Assembly: GCA_944391445.1 (NCBI GenBank)
Contig: CALXTL010000004.1
Span: 20,572 to 84,571, forward strand
DNA length: 64,000 nt
Reading direction: 5' to 3'
Source of the DNA: an uncultured Alphaproteobacteria bacterium
GTDB lineage: Bacteria > Pseudomonadota > Alphaproteobacteria > RF32 > CAG-239
Position 1 is the stretch's first letter; every line of letters starts with the position of its first letter. Shown piece after piece: positions 9,839 through 17,617 of this stretch. The position numbers and the translations under genes are program-made. The notes under the pieces were generated by a model. The model did no database searches and was not told the DNA's origin. It saw nothing but the letters and a program-made list of their open reading frames with translations.

Positions 9839-10234
9839 ATGTTAGCAAAACTTTTCAAAGGAGAGTTGCCGCTCGCCGCAACTTTTTGGAAATTCGGCGT
9901 TTGTGCCCTGATTGCAATTGACCTTGCCGTCAGACTGTTCGAAAAACTCCTTGCCGGGCATATTGCCTCCGGCAGTATATATAACTTTTTCGTACACTAT
10001 TTTCACCCGATATACTCTTCCAAAATGAGTATCTTCTGGACATTATGGTATATATCGTCGCTGCTGATACTGGCCGTTTATTCCTGGAACATTACGCTCG
10101 GCATCTGGAGAAGCGCCCGCAACTATGACAAGAGTGTTTGGCTGAGTTTTTTGGCCCGCGCCGGCATTTTGCTGTTGTTGTTCGTTATCTGGAGTTCGGT
10201 TGCACCGGCAGCGGCTCGTTTTTTGGGAATATGA
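9839..10234 (+). CDS. Hypothetical multi-pass membrane protein
   Basis: 131-aa ORF with several hydrophobic segments (FGVCALIAIDLAV, ISSLLILAVYSW, AGILLLLFVIWSSV). No domain recognised. Confidence 0.45.
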   Translation: MLAKLFKGELPLAATFWKFGVCALIAIDLAVRLFEKLLAGHIASGSIYNFFVHYFHPIYSSKMSIFWTLWYISSLLILAVYSWNITLGIWRSARNYDKSVWLSFLARAGILLLLFVIWSSVAPAAARFLGI

Positions 10235-10235
10235 A

Positions 10236-10382
10236 ATGAAGATTTTGTTTGCTGCTTTGCTTTTTGCATCACTCTCGGCCTGCACAGTTGGAGAATTCAC
10301 GCCGCAGCGCCATGCACAATATGAAAGCCCGGTCGACTGTGAAAAGACACCGCACCGCTGCGTTCACGGATACCCCTGGTAA
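10236..10382 (+). CDS. Small putative lipoprotein
   Basis: MKILFAALLFASLSAC has a lipobox (LSAC). The internal ATG of ORF 10200..10382 is chosen. Confidence 0.45.
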   Translation: MKILFAALLFASLSACTVGEFTPQRHAQYESPVDCEKTPHRCVHGYPW

Positions 10383-10391
10383 AGAAACGCC

Positions 10392-11435
10392 ATGGTTGAA
10401 GTCATCACCCTGGGCTGCCGCATCAACAGCTATGAATCTGAAGTTTTGAAAGAAAAACTTGCCGATACGGATAATTTGATTATTGTCAACAGCTGCGCCG
10501 TTACCGCCGAAGCGGAACGCCAATGCCGTCAGACAATTCGCAAATTACGCCGCGAGCACCCGTCTGCGCGTCTTGTTGTCACCGGCTGTGCAGCCCAAGT
10601 TGCACCCGAGCAATTTGCTGCCATGGAAGAAGTGGACTTGGTTCTGGGCAACCGCGAAAAAACCGAGATTCTCAACTACCTTTCCGCCCCGCTCACTGAA
10701 AAGACAATTGTGGGCGATATCTTTTCCTATGACGGCTATGATTCTTACTTGATCACCGGTTTTGAAGGACGTCACCGGGCTTTTGTGCAAATCCAGCAAG
10801 GCTGCGACCATCGCTGCACATATTGCATTGTGCCTTTTGCACGCGGTTCAAACCGTTCGATTCCCGAAGAAAAAATTATCCGACAGATCCGTGAATTACT
10901 TGACCGCGGCTTCAGAGAAATTTGCCTGACCGGTGTCGATGCTTGTTCCTACCAACCATCTTTCAGCCGTCTGGTACAACATATTTTGGAACAAATTCAG
11001 GATATCCCTTCCCTGCAATTTGGCTCGCTTGACCCGGCTGCATTGGATGATGACTTTATCAGCCTGGTCCAAACATACCCGAATATCCACCCGCATTTTC
11101 ACTTTTCAACTCAATCCGGTGATAACTTGATTTTAAAACGCATGAAACGGCGCCACACCCGCGAAGATGTCATCCGCCTGTGCCGTGACTTGCGCGCCGC
11201 CAGACCGGAAGCAACTTTCGGTTCAGATTTCATCTGCGGTTTTCCGACCGAAACGGATGAACAATTTCAAAACACCGTCCGTCTGGTGCATGAAGCAGGC
11301 ATAAAAAAACTTCATGTTTTTCCCTATTCTGAACGTCCCGGCACACCGGCCGCGCTGATGCCGCAAGTGCCGGTGGAGATTCGTCGTGAGCGGGCGCGTA
11401 TCCTGCGCGAACAAGGAGAAACGGCCGATGAGTAA
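10392..11435 (+). CDS. mtaB: Radical-SAM methylthiotransferase, MtaB-like, apparently without a C-terminal TRAM domain
   Basis: The N-terminal MTTase domain is VITLGCRINSYESE...NSCAVT...VVTGC. The radical-SAM motif is QQGCDHRCTYCIVPFARG. The ORF ends right after the radical-SAM core, and ftsY starts 8 nt before its stop. Confidence 0.7.
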   Translation: MVEVITLGCRINSYESEVLKEKLADTDNLIIVNSCAVTAEAERQCRQTIRKLRREHPSARLVVTGCAAQVAPEQFAAMEEVDLVLGNREKTEILNYLSAPLTEKTIVGDIFSYDGYDSYLITGFEGRHRAFVQIQQGCDHRCTYCIVPFARGSNRSIPEEKIIRQIRELLDRGFREICLTGVDACSYQPSFSRLVQHILEQIQDIPSLQFGSLDPAALDDDFISLVQTYPNIHPHFHFSTQSGDNLILKRMKRRHTREDVIRLCRDLRAARPEATFGSDFICGFPTETDEQFQNTVRLVHEAGIKKLHVFPYSERPGTPAALMPQVPVEIRRERARILREQGETADE

Positions 11436-12336
11436 CTGGCTTCGAAAACTGGGACTTGGCTTGCAAAAGTCATCAAACAAACTTTCTTCCGGCATAAGCG
11501 GGATATTCAACAACCACAAACTGTCAGCCGACACGCTGGATGAATTGGAAGAGCTGCTCATATCCGCCGACATGGGTGTTAAAGCTTCGGCAGCCATCAT
11601 CAAAAAATTTGCATCACGCAAATTTGCCGCCGACGTCAACGCTGCGGAAATTCGCCGGGTTCTGGCTCAAGAAATTGAAAATATTCTCAAACCGAGCGAA
11701 AGTCAGGTTATCTTGGGAAAACACAAACCGGAAGTCATTTTATTTGTCGGCGTCAATGGTGCAGGCAAGACCACAACCATCGGCAAACTGGCCGCCAGAT
11801 TTGCCGACCGGCAAATAAGTTTGATTGCAGCAGACACTTTTCGTGCCGCAGCCGTTGAACAGCTCAAAATATGGGGAGAACGCAACCATTGCCCTGTCTG
11901 TAGCGGCCTCCATGGTTGTGATGCGGCAGCCTTATGCTTTGAAGGCTTGAATGAGGCTGTTTCCCGCGGCGACGACCTGGTCATGATTGATACGGCCGGA
12001 CGTCTGCAAAACAAAACAGATTTAATGAACGAGCTCAAAAAAATCATTCGCGTCATCCGCAAGGTCATCCCTGATGCACCTCATCATACATGGCTTTGCC
12101 TTGATGCCGGCACCGGCCAAAATGCTTTGGATCAGGTCAAAACATTTTACGACGCCGTCGGCATCAACGGATTGATCATTAACAAATTAGACGGCAGTGC
12201 CAAAGGCGGCATATTGGTGGCAATCGCGGCGGAAACAGGCTTGCCGGTTTACTTTATCGGTGTTGGCGAAGGACTTGAAGATCTGGATGTTTTCAAGGCA
12301 CACGAATTCAGTCTTGGTCTTCTTGGAGAAAACTGA
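11428..12336 (+). CDS. ftsY: Signal recognition particle receptor FtsY
   Basis: SRP-GTPase motifs GVNGAGKTTTIGKLA, DTAGRLQNK, INKLDGSAKGG and YFIGVGEGLEDL. ATG at 11428 is preceded by AAGGAGA. Confidence 0.9.
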   Translation: MSNWLRKLGLGLQKSSNKLSSGISGIFNNHKLSADTLDELEELLISADMGVKASAAIIKKFASRKFAADVNAAEIRRVLAQEIENILKPSESQVILGKHKPEVILFVGVNGAGKTTTIGKLAARFADRQISLIAADTFRAAAVEQLKIWGERNHCPVCSGLHGCDAAALCFEGLNEAVSRGDDLVMIDTAGRLQNKTDLMNELKKIIRVIRKVIPDAPHHTWLCLDAGTGQNALDQVKTFYDAVGINGLIINKLDGSAKGGILVAIAAETGLPVYFIGVGEGLEDLDVFKAHEFSLGLLGEN

Positions 12337-13682
12337 TGCAGGATATGCTTGATTTGATGACGTCACCACAGCTTCCCGAATTTACGGTCACCGAAATATC
12401 CGCAGAAATCAAACGTTATGTTGAAACAAATTTCGGTAAAATCCGGGTCAAAGGTGAAATTTTCGGAGCCAAAAGAGCCGATTCCGGCCATTGGTACTTA
12501 TCCCTCAAAGACGAAAACGCGGTTCTGACCGCAGTTATCTGGCGCGGATCGGCCGCTTCGCTGAGCATCAAACCGGAGGATGGGCTTGAAGTTGTTGTCA
12601 CCGGGCGCCTCACAACCTTTCCCGGAAAATCTTCCTATCAGATCATCATTGAAGCTATGGAAGTAGCCGGCACGGGCGCTTTACTAAAACTGCTTGAAGA
12701 ACGCAAAAAACAATTTGCCGCTGAAGGACTGTTTGATCAGGCACACAAAAAACCGATTCCTTTTCTGCCGCAAACTATCGGCGTGGTCACTTCGGCCAGC
12801 GGCGCCGTCATTCGAGACATCATTCACCGTGTCCGCGACCGTTTTCCGACACATATTTTGCTTTGGCCGACCCCGGTTCAGGGCGCCGGCGCCGAAATCA
12901 AAATTGCCGAAGCCATCAATGGGTTCAACAAATTGCCGACGCGTCCCGATGTCCTGATTGTCGCCCGCGGCGGCGGCAGTCTGGAAGACCTCTGGTGTTT
13001 CAACGAAGAAATTGTCATTCGCGCTGTCTATGCCTCTGAGATACCGGTTATTTCGGCTGTCGGCCATGAAACCGACACTATGTTGATTGACTACGTTGCC
13101 GACAAACGTGCACCGACCCCGACCGGAGCAGCCGAATTTGCCGTCCCTGTTCGCAATGAGCTTTTGGCCCAGGTTAGCAGTCTGAATGCGCGGTTGCTAA
13201 ATGCCGGAACACGCTTTATTGCCGAAAAAAACAATCTGCTGCAAGGCCTGGCGCGCGGGCTTCCCAACCTGGAACAAATTTTGGCCGAGGCCTCTCAAAA
13301 ACTTGATGACCGCACGGAACGGCTCAAGATCGCATTTCAAAATCTGTTGCAAAATAAACTTAACCAGCTCGAACTTTCAGGACTGAAACCATATCACATC
13401 AACAATATTTTGGAAAAAAGTCAGGAAAATTTAAATCATTTGCTGCTACGATTGGAATCAGTCTCGGTTGAAGCCGTCTTAAAACGCGGTTTTGCCTGGA
13501 TCAAAGACCAAAACGGACAAACGGTATATAACCTGCCGCAAGCGCAAAAAGCTCAAAAGCTGGAAGTTTATTTTGCCGACGGCAGTCTTACGCTTGACCG
13601 CACCCGCCAGACAGCGGCATCTTCAACAAAACAAAAATCAGGAAAAAAATATGACCTTCAAACCGACCTTTTTGATTTTTAG
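12336..13682 (+). CDS. xseA: Exodeoxyribonuclease VII large subunit
   Basis: OB-fold N-terminus IRVKGEI...GHWYLSLKD. Catalytic region IGVVTSASGAVIRDI...ARGGGSLEDLWCFNEE...ISAVGHETD. Confidence 0.9.
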   Translation: MQDMLDLMTSPQLPEFTVTEISAEIKRYVETNFGKIRVKGEIFGAKRADSGHWYLSLKDENAVLTAVIWRGSAASLSIKPEDGLEVVVTGRLTTFPGKSSYQIIIEAMEVAGTGALLKLLEERKKQFAAEGLFDQAHKKPIPFLPQTIGVVTSASGAVIRDIIHRVRDRFPTHILLWPTPVQGAGAEIKIAEAINGFNKLPTRPDVLIVARGGGSLEDLWCFNEEIVIRAVYASEIPVISAVGHETDTMLIDYVADKRAPTPTGAAEFAVPVRNELLAQVSSLNARLLNAGTRFIAEKNNLLQGLARGLPNLEQILAEASQKLDDRTERLKIAFQNLLQNKLNQLELSGLKPYHINNILEKSQENLNHLLLRLESVSVEAVLKRGFAWIKDQNGQTVYNLPQAQKAQKLEVYFADGSLTLDRTRQTAASSTKQKSGKKYDLQTDLFDF

Positions 13683-14487
13683 TTTCCTTCTGAGTATGGC
13701 AACAACCGTTGAGGCTGCGGAACTTTGCGGCCTGCAGAAACAAGGAGAAATTCTTGTCGGTAAAACAGCTCCGCAAACAAAAATTCTGTTCAACGGCAAA
13801 GAATTGCATACAGACTCAGACGGTGTTTTTCTTCTGGCTTTTGGCCGTGATGAAAAAACCGATTCCGAAATAACAATGGTCACCGACGGACAATCGGCTC
13901 TTACCCGCAAACTGACCATTACCGACGGCGGTTGGGACATTCAAAACATTACCGGCATACCGCCGCGCAAAGTAACACCTTCGGATTCCGACATACGGGA
14001 TATTGAGCGGGAACAGAAATTACTGAAAGCGGCTCTCGCCGAAAGCCAAATGAAGCCTTATTGGCAAAAAGGCTTTATCCGACCGGTGGAAGGCCGGATC
14101 AGCGGTAAATTCGGCGGTCAGAGGATCATGAACGGCGTTAAAAGAAATCCACATGCCGGCATGGATATTGCCGCCAAAGAAGGTACGGAAGTCAAAGCAG
14201 CATCCGATGGAATGGTTGTCTTGGCCGCAGCGGATTTATTTTATTCCGGAAATGTCGTCGTTCTTGATCACGGTTACGGCTTACATACGATTTACGCACA
14301 TTTGAGTAAAATAAACGTCCGCCGCGGAGATAAAGTTTCTCAGGGCGATATCATTGGTCTGGTCGGACATACCGGCCGTGCTACCGGCCCGCATTTGCAC
14401 TGGGGAGCCTCGTTGAACGGAACCAAATTTCGTCCGGATTCGCTCCTAAATATAAACAACAATAATGATTTTTGTTTTACTTTATAA
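13651..14487 (+). CDS. M23 family metallopeptidase with signal peptide
   Basis: MTFKPTFLIFSFLLSMATTVEA is the signal. M23 core is HAGMDIAAKEGTEV...LDHGYGLHTIYAHLS...GHTGRATGPHLHWG. ATG at 13651 overlaps the xseA 3' end by 32 nt. Confidence 0.8.
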   Translation: MTFKPTFLIFSFLLSMATTVEAAELCGLQKQGEILVGKTAPQTKILFNGKELHTDSDGVFLLAFGRDEKTDSEITMVTDGQSALTRKLTITDGGWDIQNITGIPPRKVTPSDSDIRDIEREQKLLKAALAESQMKPYWQKGFIRPVEGRISGKFGGQRIMNGVKRNPHAGMDIAAKEGTEVKAASDGMVVLAAADLFYSGNVVVLDHGYGLHTIYAHLSKINVRRGDKVSQGDIIGLVGHTGRATGPHLHWGASLNGTKFRPDSLLNINNNNDFCFTL

Positions 14488-14535
14488 ACGAATATTGTAC
14501 TATAAATCAAAATGACCTTAGAAACGAGGTTTGAC

Positions 14536-14961
14536 ATGAGCGAAAATACGCATAAACAAATTGTTTGGGATTCCATTGTATGCCTGATCGTGGATGATGA
14601 CAAATTCTCGCGTACCTTTGTCAAGACAGCGCTTTATCAGATCGGCATCAAAAACACCAAAGAAGCCAGCACCACTGAAGAAGCCGTTGAACTTTTGCGC
14701 AGTTTCAAAATAGATGTCATCTTGCTGGATCAGCAGATGCCGGAGCAAAATGGTCTTGACCTGGCCAAGGAGCTGCGCGGTGGGCGACTGGAAAACGGCC
14801 AGAATATTCCGATCATCATGGTAACAATAGACACCAAAGAGCGCACCGTTCTTGATGCAAAAGATCTAGGCATTCAGGAATACCTTGTCAAACCGATCTC
14901 ACCTTTGGCGCTCAAAAGAAGAATATGCACCGCTTTAGGACTGGCTCCGGAAAGAATATAG
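14536..14961 (+). CDS. Single-domain (CheY-like) response regulator
   Basis: Receiver motifs LIVDDD, VILLDQQMPEQNG and EYLVKPI. ATG at 14536 is preceded by GAGG; ATG at 14512 is an alternative. Confidence 0.75.
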   Translation: MSENTHKQIVWDSIVCLIVDDDKFSRTFVKTALYQIGIKNTKEASTTEEAVELLRSFKIDVILLDQQMPEQNGLDLAKELRGGRLENGQNIPIIMVTIDTKERTVLDAKDLGIQEYLVKPISPLALKRRICTALGLAPERI

Positions 14962-14965
14962 CGCC

Positions 14966-15793
14966 GTGACAAACATGTTTCAAATTTTCTTGCTTTCCGT
15001 TTTACAGGGAATCACCGAGTTTTTGCCGGTCAGTTCATCCGGCCATTTAATATTGTTCGCCCATTTCACAACCTTTCCAGATCAGGGACTGGCTTTGGAT
15101 GTTGCCGTGCATGTTGGTTCGATTCTCGCGGTGATGATTTATTTTTCAGAAGACATCTGGCGGATGGTCAAAGGGGTTTTCAAAACTTACTGTCTGCCCA
15201 CGGCCAAAGACCCGGGCGCCAGATTATTCTGGTTGATTGTCATCGGGACACTGCCCATAGTCATTGTTGGATTTTTGCTGGAAAACTCTGGAATGGCATG
15301 GCTTCGCAGCAGCAAAATCATCGGCTGGACAATTCTCGGGTACGGTATTTTACTCTACATTGCCGATAAAATTGGCATGACCATTCGCAAAATTGAACAT
15401 TTGACACCGCTTGATGCCTTTTTAATCGGATGTGCCCAGTGCCTGGCGCTGATTCCGGGGACAAGCCGCTCCGGCATTACGGTCACCATGGCTCGTTTTT
15501 TGGGCATGGAACGGCGTGAAGCCGCCAAGTTTTCAATGTTATTATCAATCCCGGCCATCATTGCCGCGGCGGCTTTGGTAGCAATAGAAATGTATCAAAG
15601 AGACAGCCTTGCGGAACTGATAAATACGATTGACGGCATAACCTTTTCTTTTGTGGCCTCAATCATAGCCATTTATGTAGTCATGTGGTGGCTCAAGAAA
15701 TCGACCTTTCTGCCTTTTGTTATATACCGGATTTTGCTGGGCGGATTTTTATTGTTAGATTCTTACGGTTATTTAAATAAGGTTCTTGACTAA
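14966..15793 (+). CDS. uppP: Undecaprenyl-diphosphate phosphatase
   Basis: BacA signatures LQGITEFLPVSSSGHL and PGTSRSGITVT. GTG start at 14966; ATG at 14975 is an alternative. Confidence 0.9.
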   Translation: MTNMFQIFLLSVLQGITEFLPVSSSGHLILFAHFTTFPDQGLALDVAVHVGSILAVMIYFSEDIWRMVKGVFKTYCLPTAKDPGARLFWLIVIGTLPIVIVGFLLENSGMAWLRSSKIIGWTILGYGILLYIADKIGMTIRKIEHLTPLDAFLIGCAQCLALIPGTSRSGITVTMARFLGMERREAAKFSMLLSIPAIIAAAALVAIEMYQRDSLAELINTIDGITFSFVASIIAIYVVMWWLKKSTFLPFVIYRILLGGFLLLDSYGYLNKVLD

Positions 15794-15814
15794 ATAAAAA
15801 AATACGTTTATACA
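15786..15814 (+). promoter_or_regulatory. Candidate sigma70-type promoter for tRNA-Leu
   Basis: TTGACT (15786-15791), 17-nt spacer, TATACA (15809-15814), about 23 nt upstream of the tRNA 5' end. The -35 overlaps the uppP stop codon. Confidence 0.35.
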
Positions 15815-15837
15815 GATGAGCGTATTTACAAACGAAT

Positions 15838-15923
15838 GCCCTGGTGGCGGAATTGGTAGACGCGCATGCTTCAGGTGCATGTTGGCTCAGCCAGTGGAAG
15901 TTCGAGTCTTCTCCAGGGCACCA
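15838..15923 (+). tRNA. tRNA-Leu (anticodon CAG), type II with long variable arm, CCA encoded
   Basis: Hand-folded: the 7-bp acceptor stem gccctgg/ccagggc is perfect. The D-arm is gcg-gaattggtaga-cgc. The anticodon stem is catgc/gcatg with loop ttCAGgt. The variable arm is tggc-tca-gcca and the T-arm is ggaag-ttcgagt-cttct, followed by discriminator A and CCA. Confidence 0.9.
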
Positions 15924-15924
15924 T

Positions 15925-15958
15925 AAAACAAAACCCTCCCAACGGAGGGTTTTGTTGT
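15925..15958. terminator. Intrinsic (bidirectional-looking) terminator hairpin directly after the tRNA. It is the first element of each 157-bp repeat unit and recurs at +157 and +314, with a degenerate copy at +471.
   Basis: aaaacaaaa-ccctcc-caac-ggaggg-ttttgttgt: a 6-bp GC-rich stem flanked by an A-run and a T-run. Confidence 0.6.
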
Positions 15959-16438
15959 ATGGTGAAAAGAACTTGTTAATTTGTGAAGCCGCGACAGCGT
16001 GCAAAACAAATGTTACAAGTACTTTGACCGAAACGAAGTTAGTCTTGCGTCATATTGCAAGACTTACGTAGTAAGACCCTAAAAACAAAACCCTCCCAAC
16101 GGAGGGTTTTGTTGTATGGTGAAAAGAACTTGTTAATTTGTGAAGCCGCGACAGCGTGCAAAACAAATGTTACAAGTACTTTGACCGAAACGAAGTTAGT
16201 CTTGCGTCATATTGCAAGACTTACGTAGTAAGACCCTAAAAACAAAACCCTCCCAACGGAGGGTTTTGTTGTATGGTGAAAAGAACTTGTTAATTTGTGA
16301 AGCCGCGACAGCGTGCAAAACAAATGTTACAAGTACTTTGACCGAGACGAAGTTAGTCTTGCGCCATATCGCAAGACTTACGTAGTAAGACCCTAAAAAC
16401 AAACCCCAACGGAGGGTTTTGTTGTATGGTGAAAAGAA
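15925..16438. repeat. Tandem repeat: 157-bp unit, 3 full copies plus a 42-nt partial fourth
   Basis: The landmark ccctccc occurs at 15934, 16091 and 16248, a spacing of 157. Copies 1 and 2 read identical. Copy 3 differs at 16346 (A>G), 16364 and 16370 (T>C). The partial copy has a 3-nt deletion in the hairpin. Homology starts one base after the tRNA CCA+T and ends at 16438. Confidence 0.9.
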
Positions 16439-16450
16439 TCAGAGGGTTAA

Positions 16451-16487
16451 TTTTTGCCGGCCGCCAAACAAATTTTCCCGGCAAAAA
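16451..16487. other. 10-bp perfect inverted repeat (tttttgccgg ... ccggcaaaaa) with a 17-nt loop, between the repeat array and mutY
   Basis: Read directly. Its function is unclear (terminator-like or an operator). Confidence 0.3.
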
Positions 16488-16527
16488 CAAAATGACGCTT
16501 ATAAAAAATTCTTCCTTCAATATACCA

Positions 16528-16555
16528 TAGACATTTCTTATTTTCAGGCTATACT
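16528..16555 (+). promoter_or_regulatory. Candidate promoter for mutY
   Basis: TAGACA (16528-16533), 16-nt spacer, TATACT (16550-16555). The mutY ATG begins at 16562, only 7 nt after the -10 box. Confidence 0.35.
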
Positions 16556-16561
16556 CTGCTT

Positions 16562-17590
16562 ATGTCAAATTCTGAATTATCAAAGCTTCTTTTGGATTGG
16601 TATCAAGACCATGGCCGCGACCTTCCTTGGCGGGTCAAAGGCGGCGCACACCCTGATCCTTATATTGTTTTTGTTTCTGAAATTATGCTTCAGCAAACAA
16701 CCGTGGCAACGGTTATTCCTTATTTTCAAAAATTTATCCGCCGTTTTCCGACTATCTTTGAGCTGGCAGCCGCAAATCTGGATGAAATTTATCAATACTG
16801 GCAGGGGCTGGGTTATTATTCCCGTGCCCGGTCACTTCATGCTACGGCACAGATAATTGCTGATAAATTTGCCGGAGAATTTCCGCAAAACAAGGAACAA
16901 ATTCTCAAATTAAAAGGTATCGGCCCCTATACGGCGGCCAGTCTTCTTGCTCTTGGCTACAATCTGCCGGAAACAGTCATCGACGGCAATGTCATCCGGG
17001 TTATCTGCCGGTTATATCATCTGGATCAGCCAACGGAAAAAATCATGCCGCAGATAAAAAAACTTGCCAAAGGACTCTCCTCAAAAGAACGCCCGGCTGA
17101 TTATGCTTCTGCTATTATGGATCTTGGCGCTGTCATCTGCACACCAAAAAAGCCGCAATGCCCTGTTTGCCCCTGGCATGAGTCCTGCCTTTCTCAAGGA
17201 AAAGCGGAAATTGAACAAATCCCCTGCCGACACAAACCGCCCAAAGTGGAAAAAAACGGTTTTGTATACCTGATAACTGACCAAAACGGGAGCATCTTCA
17301 TCCGCAAACGTATTGAAAAAGGGTTGCTTTCTGGCCTGTGGGAATTTCCGTGGAGCAGTGAAAAAGAACTCTTCCCGGCCGCCGTCGACAGCGGTCTGAA
17401 AGTTTCTCATATTTTTACCCATATTAAGCTGACATTAAACATCCGCTGCCTGCAGAACAACGCCCTGCCGGATTCTGGACTCTTTGTCGCACCGGAAGAC
17501 TTATGCTCTTATCCTTTTTCAACCCTCATGAAAAAAGTATGGAAAAAAGCCGGTTCCGTGTTGTTTACCCGCGGCAAAACATTACAATGA
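16562..17590 (+). CDS. mutY: A/G-specific adenine DNA glycosylase
   Basis: LLDWYQDHGRDLPWR and SEIMLQQTTVATV are HhH-GPD family motifs. The Fe-S cluster loop is CTPKKPQCPVCPWHESC. The C-terminal NUDIX-like domain contains GLWEFPW. Confidence 0.85.
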   Translation: MSNSELSKLLLDWYQDHGRDLPWRVKGGAHPDPYIVFVSEIMLQQTTVATVIPYFQKFIRRFPTIFELAAANLDEIYQYWQGLGYYSRARSLHATAQIIADKFAGEFPQNKEQILKLKGIGPYTAASLLALGYNLPETVIDGNVIRVICRLYHLDQPTEKIMPQIKKLAKGLSSKERPADYASAIMDLGAVICTPKKPQCPVCPWHESCLSQGKAEIEQIPCRHKPPKVEKNGFVYLITDQNGSIFIRKRIEKGLLSGLWEFPWSSEKELFPAAVDSGLKVSHIFTHIKLTLNIRCLQNNALPDSGLFVAPEDLCSYPFSTLMKKVWKKAGSVLFTRGKTLQ

Positions 17591-17617
17591 CAATATATTC
17601 GCTATCGGAGAAATAAG

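Noticed and set aside
10392-11435. Radical-SAM gene as the missing AmmeMemoRadiSam partner or as a HydE/HydG hydrogenase maturase
   Set aside because: It has the N-terminal UPF0004 MTTase domain (three spaced Cys residues, VITLGC...NSCAVT...TGC) typical of MtaB/MiaB-type methylthiotransferases. It does not have the PflA-like or HydE/G architecture.
15838-15923. First-pass reading of the anticodon loop as containing TCA (a suppressor or Sec-like tRNA)
   Set aside because: Proper folding gives a 5-bp anticodon stem catgc/gcatg with the 7-nt loop ttCAGgt. The anticodon is CAG (Leu), consistent with the long variable arm.
15925-16438. Possibility that the repeat array is a CRISPR array, or an att-site or integrated-element scar at the tRNA
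   Set aside because: The units are contiguous with no unique spacers, and at 157 bp are far longer than CRISPR repeats. No cas or integrase genes are present, and the tRNA 3' end is not duplicated.
15720-16856. ORFs running through the tandem repeat (15720..16004 minus, 16196..16402 minus, 15844..16071 plus, 16419..16856 plus)
   Set aside because: Their repeated peptides are a by-product of the DNA repeat. The 157-bp period is not divisible by 3, one ORF starts inside the tRNA, and 16419..16856 overlaps the well-supported mutY frame.
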